From the NCBI GenBank assembly GCA_964525665.1, contig CAZGKH010000002.1, positions 1 through 30,309 on the forward strand: DNA of 30,309 nt. The letters run 5' to 3'. Positions 23,762 through 30,309 of this stretch are shown in pieces (position 1 is the stretch's first letter; each line of letters begins with the position of its first letter). The stretch comes from an uncultured Anaerolineae bacterium (GTDB taxonomy: Bacteria > Chloroflexota > Anaerolineae > VGOG01). The notes beneath the pieces are model-generated. The model was not told where the DNA came from. It saw only the letters and a list, made by a program, of their open reading frames with translations, and made no database searches. The position numbers and the translations under genes were made by a program.

Positions 23762-24010
23762 GTGGAGAGGAAAGTGGGAAAGGTGACGCACTATTGGGGC
23801 AAGATCGGTGTGGCTGGCATCAAACTCACCGCTGCCTTGAGCCAGGGTGACGCCATCCGCATCAAGGGGGCCACTACTGACTTCGAGCAGACCGTGGGCT
23901 CCATACAGATTGAGCATCAGAATATTGAGACCGCCAAAAAAGGCCAGGAGATCGGCCTCAAGGTCGCGGGGAAGGTGCGCCGGGGGGATACGGTGTACAA
24001 GGTAGAATAG
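23762..24010 (+). CDS. Small beta-barrel protein ('translation elongation factor-like', U32 C-terminal-like domain)
   Basis: VGKVTHYWGKIGVAGI...GDAIRIKG...FEQTVGSIQIEH...GQEIGLKV. GGAGGTG RBS. 1-nt overlap with tilS. Confidence 0.75.
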   Translation: MERKVGKVTHYWGKIGVAGIKLTAALSQGDAIRIKGATTDFEQTVGSIQIEHQNIETAKKGQEIGLKVAGKVRRGDTVYKVE

Positions 24011-25491
24011 TGGATGTCCTGCTGAAGGTCCGCCAGTCAATTGACCGACATGATCTCCTGGCTGGGGGCGGGACGGTGGTGGTCGGCGTCTCCGGCGGAC
24101 CCGATTCCCTCTGCCTGTTGCACGTCCTGAACCGCCTGCGCGAGGTTTACGGGATCGAGCTGCACGTGGCCCACCTCGATCATCGCCTCCGTGGTGAGGA
24201 GTCAAAGAAGGATGCGACTTTCGTGGCTCGGCTGGCCGAGGAATGGGGATTGCCGGCCACCGTCGAGGCCCGCGACGTACCGAGGCTGGCCAGGGAGAGC
24301 AAACTGGCCATCGAAGAGGCAGCCCGCCAGGCCCGCTACTCGTTTTTGGCCCAGACCGCCCTGGCGGTGGGGGCGGAGAGAATCGCGGTAGGCCACCACG
24401 CCGATGACCAGACGGAGACCATCGTCATGCATTGGCTGCGGGGGGCGGGGTTGGCTGGCCTGCGGGGAATGTTGCCTCAGACCAATCTGGGACAGATGCG
24501 CCTGGAGGCCGCCTGGCCCGATCGTCCTCCCCTGCACCTTCAACTGATTCGCCCGTTGCTGGAGACATCCCGAGCCGAGATCGAAGCCTATTGCCGAGCG
24601 CATGGGTTGAAGCCCCGCTTTGATCTTTCTAACCTGGACACCACGTATTACCGCAATCGCCTTCGCCACGAGCTGATCCCCTACCTGGAAAGCTACAACC
24701 CCAACATCCGGCAGGTGTTGCGCCGTTCGGCTCAGGTCATCGGCGACGACTACAGCTTTTTGCAGGCCGAGTTGGAGCGCGTCTGGGGCGCGGTGGTCTC
24801 TTCGGAGTCGGAGGAGGCCATCACCTTCGATCTGGCCTGCTGGCGAGGCTTGCCTACCAGCCAGCAGCGTTCCACCCTGCGGGAGGCCATCCATCGCCTG
24901 CGCCGCTCCCTGCGTAACATCAACTGGATCCACATTGAGAACGCCCTGCCGGCCTTGAGGGCCAAGCCAGCGGGAACCCAGGTCACCTTACCCCAGGGCC
25001 TGATGCTCTCCATCGGCTATGACGATTTCACCGTAGCCGGCGAAGGTTACGTGCCCGAAGTGGACTGGCCGCTTCTCCTCGTGGAACGCCTGCCCGTGAC
25101 AGTGCCGGGGGTTACAGAGCTTCCCGATTCTGGCTGGTGCCTTGAATCTGCCATCATTGAGCGGAAGGATTGTGGCGAGGAGTATCTGGGCAACCCCAAT
25201 CCCTGGCAGGCGTTTCTCGACTATGAGGTGGCAGGTTCAGGGTTAATGCTGCGGCAGCGACAACCTGGCGATCGTTTCCAACCGCTGGGCCTGGGGGGCC
25301 ACGAGAAGAGCCTCCACACCTTCATGATTGATCACCATATACCGCGCTCCCTGCGGGGTTTCGTTCCCATCGTGGTCTCGCCACGACACATCGTCTGGGT
25401 GGCCGGCTGGCGCATTGATGAGCGGGCCAGAATCACCGCTGCAACAGATCGTGTTCTGCATCTAGCCTTCCGCTCATGTCTTGACGTTTGA
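24010..25491 (+). CDS. tilS: tRNA(Ile)-lysidine synthetase
   Basis: PP-loop VSGGPDS, GHHADDQTET, IRPLL, RNRLRHELIP and C-terminal domain RQRQPGDRFQPLG...IVWVAG. Confidence 0.95.
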   Translation: MDVLLKVRQSIDRHDLLAGGGTVVVGVSGGPDSLCLLHVLNRLREVYGIELHVAHLDHRLRGEESKKDATFVARLAEEWGLPATVEARDVPRLARESKLAIEEAARQARYSFLAQTALAVGAERIAVGHHADDQTETIVMHWLRGAGLAGLRGMLPQTNLGQMRLEAAWPDRPPLHLQLIRPLLETSRAEIEAYCRAHGLKPRFDLSNLDTTYYRNRLRHELIPYLESYNPNIRQVLRRSAQVIGDDYSFLQAELERVWGAVVSSESEEAITFDLACWRGLPTSQQRSTLREAIHRLRRSLRNINWIHIENALPALRAKPAGTQVTLPQGLMLSIGYDDFTVAGEGYVPEVDWPLLLVERLPVTVPGVTELPDSGWCLESAIIERKDCGEEYLGNPNPWQAFLDYEVAGSGLMLRQRQPGDRFQPLGLGGHEKSLHTFMIDHHIPRSLRGFVPIVVSPRHIVWVAGWRIDERARITAATDRVLHLAFRSCLDV

Positions 25492-25522
25492 CGTTTCATG
25501 TCTCACGGCTTCACGCTTTACG
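25480..25522. repeat. Degenerate 7-mer array across the tilS stop
   Basis: cttgacg tttgacg tttcatg tctcacg (g)cttcacg ctttacg. Confidence 0.45.
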
Positions 25523-25529
25523 TTGTCGT

Positions 25530-25558
25530 TTGCCTTTTTCGCCAAAAGCGTGTAGAAT
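25530..25558 (+). promoter_or_regulatory. Sigma70-type promoter upstream of the riboswitch
   Basis: TTGCCT (25530-25535) - 17 nt - TAGAAT (25553-25558). Confidence 0.6.
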
Positions 25559-25576
25559 AACCACGTCAACCACATA

Positions 25577-25714
25577 GTTCGTTCTCCGAGCCAGGCGACC
25601 TAAGGGTTGCAAGGGCCTATGGCGCATGGCCGCAGTGGGTGCCTGCATTTGGCAGAGCACCCCAACGGTACGGATGGAAACGTCCGTGCCCCCCGTCATT
25701 TGGAAAGGAGGACT
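25577..25714 (+). ncRNA. Moco/Wco (molybdenum cofactor) riboswitch-class RNA motif
   Basis: CTCCGAG; 11-nt tetraloop receptor CCTAAG (25599-25604) ... TATGG (25618-25622); GAAA tetraloop stem 25670-25687; 3' GCCCCCCGT...TGGAAAGGAG. Lies upstream of Mo/W uptake genes. Confidence 0.88.
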
Positions 25715-25729
25715 GAAACCACTGTCTGT

Positions 25730-25762
25730 CAGCGCTCTCTTTCCATGGGGACGCTGTTTTTT
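25730..25762 (+). terminator. Intrinsic terminator forming the riboswitch expression platform
   Basis: cagcgctctc-tttccat-ggggacgctg followed by tttttt. Confidence 0.7.
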
Positions 25763-25845
25763 GTTACATAGGATTCACGGTGAGAACTCATTCGGGTAAC
25801 CGCAGGGTCGTTCTCATTGCAATACTGCTTGAGAGGTGGGGATAG

Positions 25846-26232
25846 ATGAAGCAGGAAATCGCAGAGCGTATCAAGGCGTCATTGACCGAAGGCAAGTTGC
25901 CCTGTCCATCGGCCTTCAAAGTCGCACGGCGGTTAGAAGCCAGCCCCCAACAGGTGGGCGAGGTGGCTGATGAGCTCAACGTCAGAATCTCCCGCTGTCA
26001 ATTGGGCCTCTTCGGCTACGGGTCCAACAAAGGCAAGGCGTTGGGGCCAGCACAGGGGGTTGGGGAGGGTTTGGAAGCCAGGATCAGGGAGAGGGTGGTT
26101 GATGGACGGCTACCCTGTGTAGTGGCCTGGGGCATTGCCAGCGAGCTAACGATGAAGCGGATTGACGTGGCCAGGGCGGCTGAGAGCTTGGGCATCAGAA
26201 TCACTCAATGCCAGTTGGGGTGTTTTGCGTGA
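25846..26232 (+). CDS. Hypothetical protein with two tandem Cys-containing repeats (LPC...CQLG)
   Basis: GKLPCPSAFKVA...RCQLGLFG and GRLPCVVAWGIA...QCQLGCF. GAGGTGGGG RBS. First gene after the riboswitch; GTGA overlap with tupA. Confidence 0.75.
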   Translation: MKQEIAERIKASLTEGKLPCPSAFKVARRLEASPQQVGEVADELNVRISRCQLGLFGYGSNKGKALGPAQGVGEGLEARIRERVVDGRLPCVVAWGIASELTMKRIDVARAAESLGIRITQCQLGCFA

Positions 26233-27143
26233 AACAACAACGGATTAGGAATAAAACAGATAAGAACACGAAATCCGTTCCTTTCTCAATCCGATGTAGT
26301 GTTGTTTGGACTATCGTGGCGTTGGTGCTGGTGCTTGCCACAGCAGTGGGCTGTGGATCCACGAGGAAGCCCATCTCACCGACATCAACCCCCAGGCCAC
26401 AGAAGCTGATCCTGGCCACCACCACCTCCACCTATGACTCGGGCTTGCTGGACTATCTCCTACCCGACTTCGAGGCCCAGTACAATGCCCAGGTGGAGGT
26501 CATCGCCGTGGGGACGGGCCAGGCTATCAAGACTGGCGAGAAGGGCGATGCCGACGTCATTCTGGTGCACGCTCGCGCCAGGGAGGACAAGTTCGTGGCG
26601 GAGGGCTATGGTGTCAACCGCCAGGATGTGATGTACAACGACTTCGTCATCGTCGGGCCGGAGGATGACCCGGCCGGCATCCAGGGGATGACGGACGCAG
26701 CGACGGCCTTGGCCAGAATCGCTGAAGCCCAGGCTCCCTTCGCCTCGCGGGGCGATGAATCGGGCACCCACAGCAAGGAGAAAGCGATTTGGGAGAAAGC
26801 AGGCGTCGAGCCTGGCGACGACTGGTACCTCTCGCTGGGCCAGGGGATGGGAGCAACTCTGACTTTTGCCAATGAGAAAGGGGCCTATACCCTCACTGAT
26901 CGGGGCACGTATCTATCTCGCCAGGAGGGATTGGAGCTGCCCGTCCTGGTGGAGGGGGATCCCATCCTCTTCAACCCCTATGGCGTCATCGCCGTTAATC
27001 CGGAGAAGCATCCCCACGTCAAGTATGAGTTCGCCATGAAGTTCATCGAGTGGCTCACCTCGGTGGGCGCCCAGGAAAAGATTGGGGAATTTGGGGTCGA
27101 AAGGTTCGGTCAACCCTTATTCTATCCCAACGCTACGAGATGA
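26229..27143 (+). CDS. tupA: Tungstate ABC transporter substrate-binding lipoprotein
   Basis: Lipobox AVGC. LATTTSTYDSGLL (TupA TTTS motif), VGTGQAI, MYNDFVIVGP, SRGDESGTH and LFNPYGVI. Confidence 0.88.
   Translation: MKQQRIRNKTDKNTKSVPFSIRCSVVWTIVALVLVLATAVGCGSTRKPISPTSTPRPQKLILATTTSTYDSGLLDYLLPDFEAQYNAQVEVIAVGTGQAIKTGEKGDADVILVHARAREDKFVAEGYGVNRQDVMYNDFVIVGPEDDPAGIQGMTDAATALARIAEAQAPFASRGDESGTHSKEKAIWEKAGVEPGDDWYLSLGQGMGATLTFANEKGAYTLTDRGTYLSRQEGLELPVLVEGDPILFNPYGVIAVNPEKHPHVKYEFAMKFIEWLTSVGAQEKIGEFGVERFGQPLFYPNATR
26232..26307. repeat. Palindromic element in the tupA 5' end (CGGAT/ATCCG family)
   Basis: Terminal IR aaacaaca / tgttgttt. Inner IR aacggatt (26239-26246) / aatccgtt (26272-26279). 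AT-rich relative to the rest of the gene. Confidence 0.5.
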
Positions 27144-28288
27144 GGAAACACGGGGATTTCGAATTTAACTTGCGAGAGCTAGCGGGCTCCATGGGAGATT
27201 TTGGGACTCTCTTCCCCTTGGCCATTGGCTATATCGTGGTGAACGGGATCGATCCAGCAGGCCTTTTTGTGATGATGGGCTTGGTAAACATCGCTACTGG
27301 CCTCGTTTATCGCCTTCCTATGCCTGTGGAGCCCAAGAAAGTGGTAGCAGTGACGGCTATTACTCAAGGGTGGCCTGCCCCCATGGTCTACGCTTCCGGG
27401 TTAGGCCTGGGGATCACTTGGTTCCTGTTGGTGTTCACGGGCCTACTGCGCAAGATCGTGGAGTGGACTCCTCTCTTTGTGGTACGAGGTATCCAGTTGG
27501 CCCTGGGGGTGATGCTAGCCTGGCAGGGCCTTGAAATGATGCGTCCCGATCCATTGCTGGGGCTCTTGGCCGTCGTTATCGTATTGGCCTTGCGCGAGAA
27601 TCGCTACGCACCAGCGGCCATTGTCCTCATGGCTCTGGGCTTGGTCGTTATCGGCTTGAGAGGAGAGCTGCCGCCCGCCTTGGAGCTAGCTATCACTTTG
27701 CCACCCTTGACAGTGCCGCGCCTGGAGGATGTGTGGAAGGCCATGCTCTTGGCCGGCTTTGCTCAAATCCCACTCTCCATCACCAATGCGGTGATCGCTA
27801 CCGCGGCTCTGATCCGAGATTATTTTCCTGACAAGCCAGTTACCGAGCGGCAGTTGATGCTCAACATGGGCTTCATGAATGTTATCCCAACCTTCTTTGG
27901 TGGGATGCCCATGTGCCATGGCGCTGGCGGGTTAGCAGGGCAGTACTACTTTGGTGCCCGTACGGGTGGAACCAACATCCTGGAGGGCTTGATCGAGATC
28001 TGCCTGGGGCTCTTCTTGGGGAAGTCTCTGCATAACCTGCTGACTGCCTTTCCCTTGGCCGTTGTGGGCGGGATGATGTTCCTCGTCGGCATAGAACTGC
28101 TCAAGGTCGTCAAAGGGCTGCAGGGCTGGGGGGCACGGATAGCGGTTTTGACGGCAGCGGTCTCCTTGATCAGCAACATGGCCGTGGGTTTTGTCGTGGG
28201 AATGGTCGCTGCTTATCTTGTCCGGCACCTCCTCCACCGGGATGTGCTCTCGTGCGCCTGCCGTAAGCCTCAATTAGTCCAAATATAG
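27140..28288 (+). CDS. MOT1-family (sulfate/molybdate) secondary transporter
   Basis: ELAGSMGDFGTLFPL, PMPVEPKK and GGMPMCHGAGGLAGQYYFGARTG. ATG 27140 overlaps the tupA stop (ATGA). Confidence 0.88.
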   Translation: MRKHGDFEFNLRELAGSMGDFGTLFPLAIGYIVVNGIDPAGLFVMMGLVNIATGLVYRLPMPVEPKKVVAVTAITQGWPAPMVYASGLGLGITWFLLVFTGLLRKIVEWTPLFVVRGIQLALGVMLAWQGLEMMRPDPLLGLLAVVIVLALRENRYAPAAIVLMALGLVVIGLRGELPPALELAITLPPLTVPRLEDVWKAMLLAGFAQIPLSITNAVIATAALIRDYFPDKPVTERQLMLNMGFMNVIPTFFGGMPMCHGAGGLAGQYYFGARTGGTNILEGLIEICLGLFLGKSLHNLLTAFPLAVVGGMMFLVGIELLKVVKGLQGWGARIAVLTAAVSLISNMAVGFVVGMVAAYLVRHLLHRDVLSCACRKPQLVQI

Positions 28289-28291
28289 GAG

Positions 28292-29005
28292 GTGATCTCC
28301 ATCATCAACGAGATCGGACATGGTTTTATCCAAGCTTTTCAGCTCCTTGTCAGTTTAGACCCGGAGTTGATCCGCATTGTGAGTCTCTCTCTGCGGGTCA
28401 CGGGGGCAGCCTTGCTCTTCAGTACCCTGGTTGGTATCCCTCTGGGCAGTTGGTTGGGATTGAGGCGCTTCGTTGGGCGACAGTTGGTGGTTGCCCTTCT
28501 CTACACTGGCATGGGGTTTCCGCCGGTCGTCGTCGGCCTCTTTGTCTACCTGATGTTGTCGCGCAGCGGCCCTTTGGGTTCTCTGGGCTGGCTTTTCACT
28601 CCGGCGGCCATGGTTGTCGCCCAGATGATCATTTCCCTCCCTTTGGTCTCAGGCTTCACCATGGCGGCGGTGATGGGAGTGGATCCCGACCTCCGTCAGC
28701 AGGTCCTCTCTCTTGGAGCGACCGACTGGCAGGCAACTCTGGCTGTTCTGAAGGAGGCGAGGGTAGGAGTCATGGTCTCGGTCATCGCTGGCTTTGGCAG
28801 CATCATCTCCGAGGTGGGGGCGGTGATGCTGGTGGGAGGCAACATCCAGGGCTCGACCCGGGTGCTGACCACGTCAATTGTGCTTGAAACGCGAAAAGGC
28901 AATTTCGACTTAGCTATTGCCTTGGGGGTTGTTCTCCTGTCGCTCACGTTTCTCGCCAACCTGGCCATGCTGCGTTTGCAGGGGAGGGCTTTCGAGCATG
29001 CATGA
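28292..29005 (+). CDS. tupB: Tungstate ABC transporter permease
   Basis: GFPPVVVGLFVYLMLSRSGPLG, SEVGAVMLVGGNI and TRVLTTSIVLETRKG. Start codon uncertain. Confidence 0.88.
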   Translation: MISIINEIGHGFIQAFQLLVSLDPELIRIVSLSLRVTGAALLFSTLVGIPLGSWLGLRRFVGRQLVVALLYTGMGFPPVVVGLFVYLMLSRSGPLGSLGWLFTPAAMVVAQMIISLPLVSGFTMAAVMGVDPDLRQQVLSLGATDWQATLAVLKEARVGVMVSVIAGFGSIISEVGAVMLVGGNIQGSTRVLTTSIVLETRKGNFDLAIALGVVLLSLTFLANLAMLRLQGRAFEHA

Positions 29006-29732
29006 CGACATAGCATACCGGCTGCACAAGGTAGTCAAGGCCTACGGCGGGGGAGAGGTTCTACACGTTGATAGCCTGGATATCCACTGGGGCGAGGTTT
29101 TTGGCATAGTGGGCCCCTCCGGCAGCGGCAAGAGCACGCTGTTGCGCCTCCTCGATTTCCTGGAGCCACCGACGGCGGGGCGGATACATTTCCACGACCA
29201 CTCCGTCAATGGCGCTGGCTCGGTCCCCCTGACCATCCGGCGCCAGGTGACCACCGTCTTCCAGAAGCCTGTCCTCCTGAACACGACGGTTTACGGCAAT
29301 GTGGCCTACGGCGTCAAGATTCGGGGGGAGAAAGAAGTGGAGGTCAAGGTCAACGAAGCTCTGGCGCGGGTGGGTTTGATGGAGTTTGCCAACGCTCCAG
29401 TTAGGACGCTGTCTGGAGGCGAGGCTCAGAGGGTGGCTTTAGCCAGGGCCATGGTCGTCGAGCCGCAGGTGCTCCTGCTGGACGAGCCGACAGCTAACCT
29501 GGATCCTTACAACGTGGGGCTAATCGAAGGCATCGTAGCCGACCTGAACCGCAGAAAGGGCACGACCATCGTCCTGGTTACTCACAACGTCTTCCAGGCC
29601 AAACGGTTGGCCCATCGGGTGGCGTTGCTCCTGGAGGGTAGGATCGTCGAGGTGTCCCCCGCCGAGCGGTTCTTCTCTTCGCCGTCCGATCCGCGCACCC
29701 TGGCCTTCGTGCAGGGGGAAATGGTTTACTAG
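28998..29732 (+). CDS. tupC: Tungstate ABC transporter ATPase
   Basis: ATG 28998. Walker A GPSGSGKST, signature LSGGE, Walker B LLLDEP, H-loop VTHN. Confidence 0.88.
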   Translation: MHDDIAYRLHKVVKAYGGGEVLHVDSLDIHWGEVFGIVGPSGSGKSTLLRLLDFLEPPTAGRIHFHDHSVNGAGSVPLTIRRQVTTVFQKPVLLNTTVYGNVAYGVKIRGEKEVEVKVNEALARVGLMEFANAPVRTLSGGEAQRVALARAMVVEPQVLLLDEPTANLDPYNVGLIEGIVADLNRRKGTTIVLVTHNVFQAKRLAHRVALLLEGRIVEVSPAERFFSSPSDPRTLAFVQGEMVY

Positions 29733-29734
29733 GG

Positions 29735-29810
29735 GGAGTAGAGCTTGACTTCGGGCAATGGGGTAGTGCTTGGTGTTATAGGTGAACAGAGGGAGATGTT
29801 CGATCATCGC
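29735..29810 (-). pseudogene. C-terminal remnant of a VapC/PIN toxin
   Basis: AMIEHLPLFTYNTKHYP resembles the PIN C-terminal 'TxNxKHY/F' motif. The rest of a PIN gene is missing. Confidence 0.5.
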
Positions 29811-30093
29811 TTGTCCCTTCTATCCTGGCGTTGGTGGAGGCGCGGATTTCTTTGAGCCAGTTTCTCACATCCTCTTGGGTTTGCAGTTCAGGATGGTTCT
29901 CGTCGGTCCATGCACCTCTCGACTCCCGCAGAGCCTTTTGCTGCTTGAGCTGAAGGAGTCTCTGGGCGGTAGCTTCGGTGATGAAACTGCTGCGCTCGCG
30001 GGGGGGCACCAGCTCCCTCAGTTCGGCCAGGAGAGATGAGGGCAGAAGGACGTTGATCCGTTCTTTTTTCTCTACTCGTTCAGCAATAGACAT
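29776..30093 (-). CDS. CopG/RHH-type antitoxin (C-terminus runs into the toxin remnant)
   Basis: ATG 30093. RINVLLPSSLLAELRELVPPRERSSFITEA and GAWTDENHPEL...WLKEIR. Confidence 0.7.
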   Translation of the reverse strand: MSIAERVEKKERINVLLPSSLLAELRELVPPRERSSFITEATAQRLLQLKQQKALRESRGAWTDENHPELQTQEDVRNWLKEIRASTNARIEGTSDDRTSPSVHL

Positions 30094-30119
30094 ATGAACA
30101 CCTTCATTTTTACACACTT

Positions 30120-30147
30120 ATTATACACAATTTTTATGGTTAGTCAA
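30120..30147 (-). promoter_or_regulatory. Sigma70-type promoter of the antitoxin gene
   Basis: Minus strand TTGACT (30147-30142) - 16 nt - TATAAT (30125-30120). Confidence 0.55.
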
Positions 30148-30169
30148 AATGCTCACAGGGTAGAGCTAT

Positions 30170-30309
30170 ATGCCATATTCAGATAGCTTCAATCGCCCCA
30201 TCAGCTACCTGCGGGTTTCGGTGACCGACCGCTGCGACCTGCGCTGCGTCTACTGTATGCCGGCTGAGGGAATCCACTGGCGCCCTCACGGGGACATCCT
30301 GCGTTATGA
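30170..30309 (+). CDS. moaA: GTP 3',8-cyclase MoaA, 3'-truncated by the window edge (absent from the ORF track)
   Basis: ATG 30170 gives [31 protein letters not shown], with the radical SAM CxxxCxxC and the MoaA YLRxSVTDRC motif. Confidence 0.9.
   Translation, partial: MPYSDSFNRPISYLRVSVTDRCDLRCVYCMPAEGIHWRPHGDILRY

Noticed and set aside
25577-25714. 6S RNA as the identity of the structured RNA after tilS
   Set aside because: The tetraloop/receptor pair (GAAA; CCTAAG...TATGG), the 3' TGGAAAGGAG end, the downstream terminator and the Mo/W genes fit the Moco motif much better.
29520-29807. 95-aa minus-strand ORF as an intact gene
   Set aside because: Only its first ~17 residues look PIN-like. 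The remainder is antisense to tupC.

Overview
A GC-rich chromosomal segment of an anaerobic bacterium, probably Chloroflexota/Anaerolineae (inferred from gene content and repeat style; not confirmed). It has three core blocks. (1) A Wood-Ljungdahl carbonyl-branch cluster: acsB (5'-partial), acsD, acsC, acsV (corrinoid reductive activator), acsE, then mog. A ~4.2 kb accessory island splits acsC from acsV. It holds a membrane alpha/beta-hydrolase-fold protein lacking its nucleophile, a PAP2 phosphatase with an altered motif, a repeat-rich spacer, an HExxH zincin / PsbP-DcrB-like / WXG100-like cassette with its own promoter, and an RHH-HNH pair with a nonsense codon. (2) A minus-strand envelope block: mreB, mreC, a damaged PIN module, mreD, mrdA, a coiled-coil C39-like peptidase, a DUF2723-type GT-C glycosyltransferase, an acyl-CoA dehydrogenase and AmmeMemoRadiSam protein A. 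(3) A plus-strand block: a small beta-barrel protein and tilS, then a Moco/Wco-class riboswitch controlling a tandem-Cys protein, tupA, a MOT1-type molybdate transporter, tupB and tupC, followed by an antitoxin with a deleted toxin and the start of moaA. The window carries several families of small palindromic, 7-mer and 8-mer repeats. Many sit in-frame inside coding sequences (acsD, the GT-C gene, the C39 gene, probably tupA) or directly before ribosome-binding sites of acs genes. No tRNA, rRNA, CRISPR array or intact transposase was recognised. Family calls come from motif recognition only; no database searches were run.
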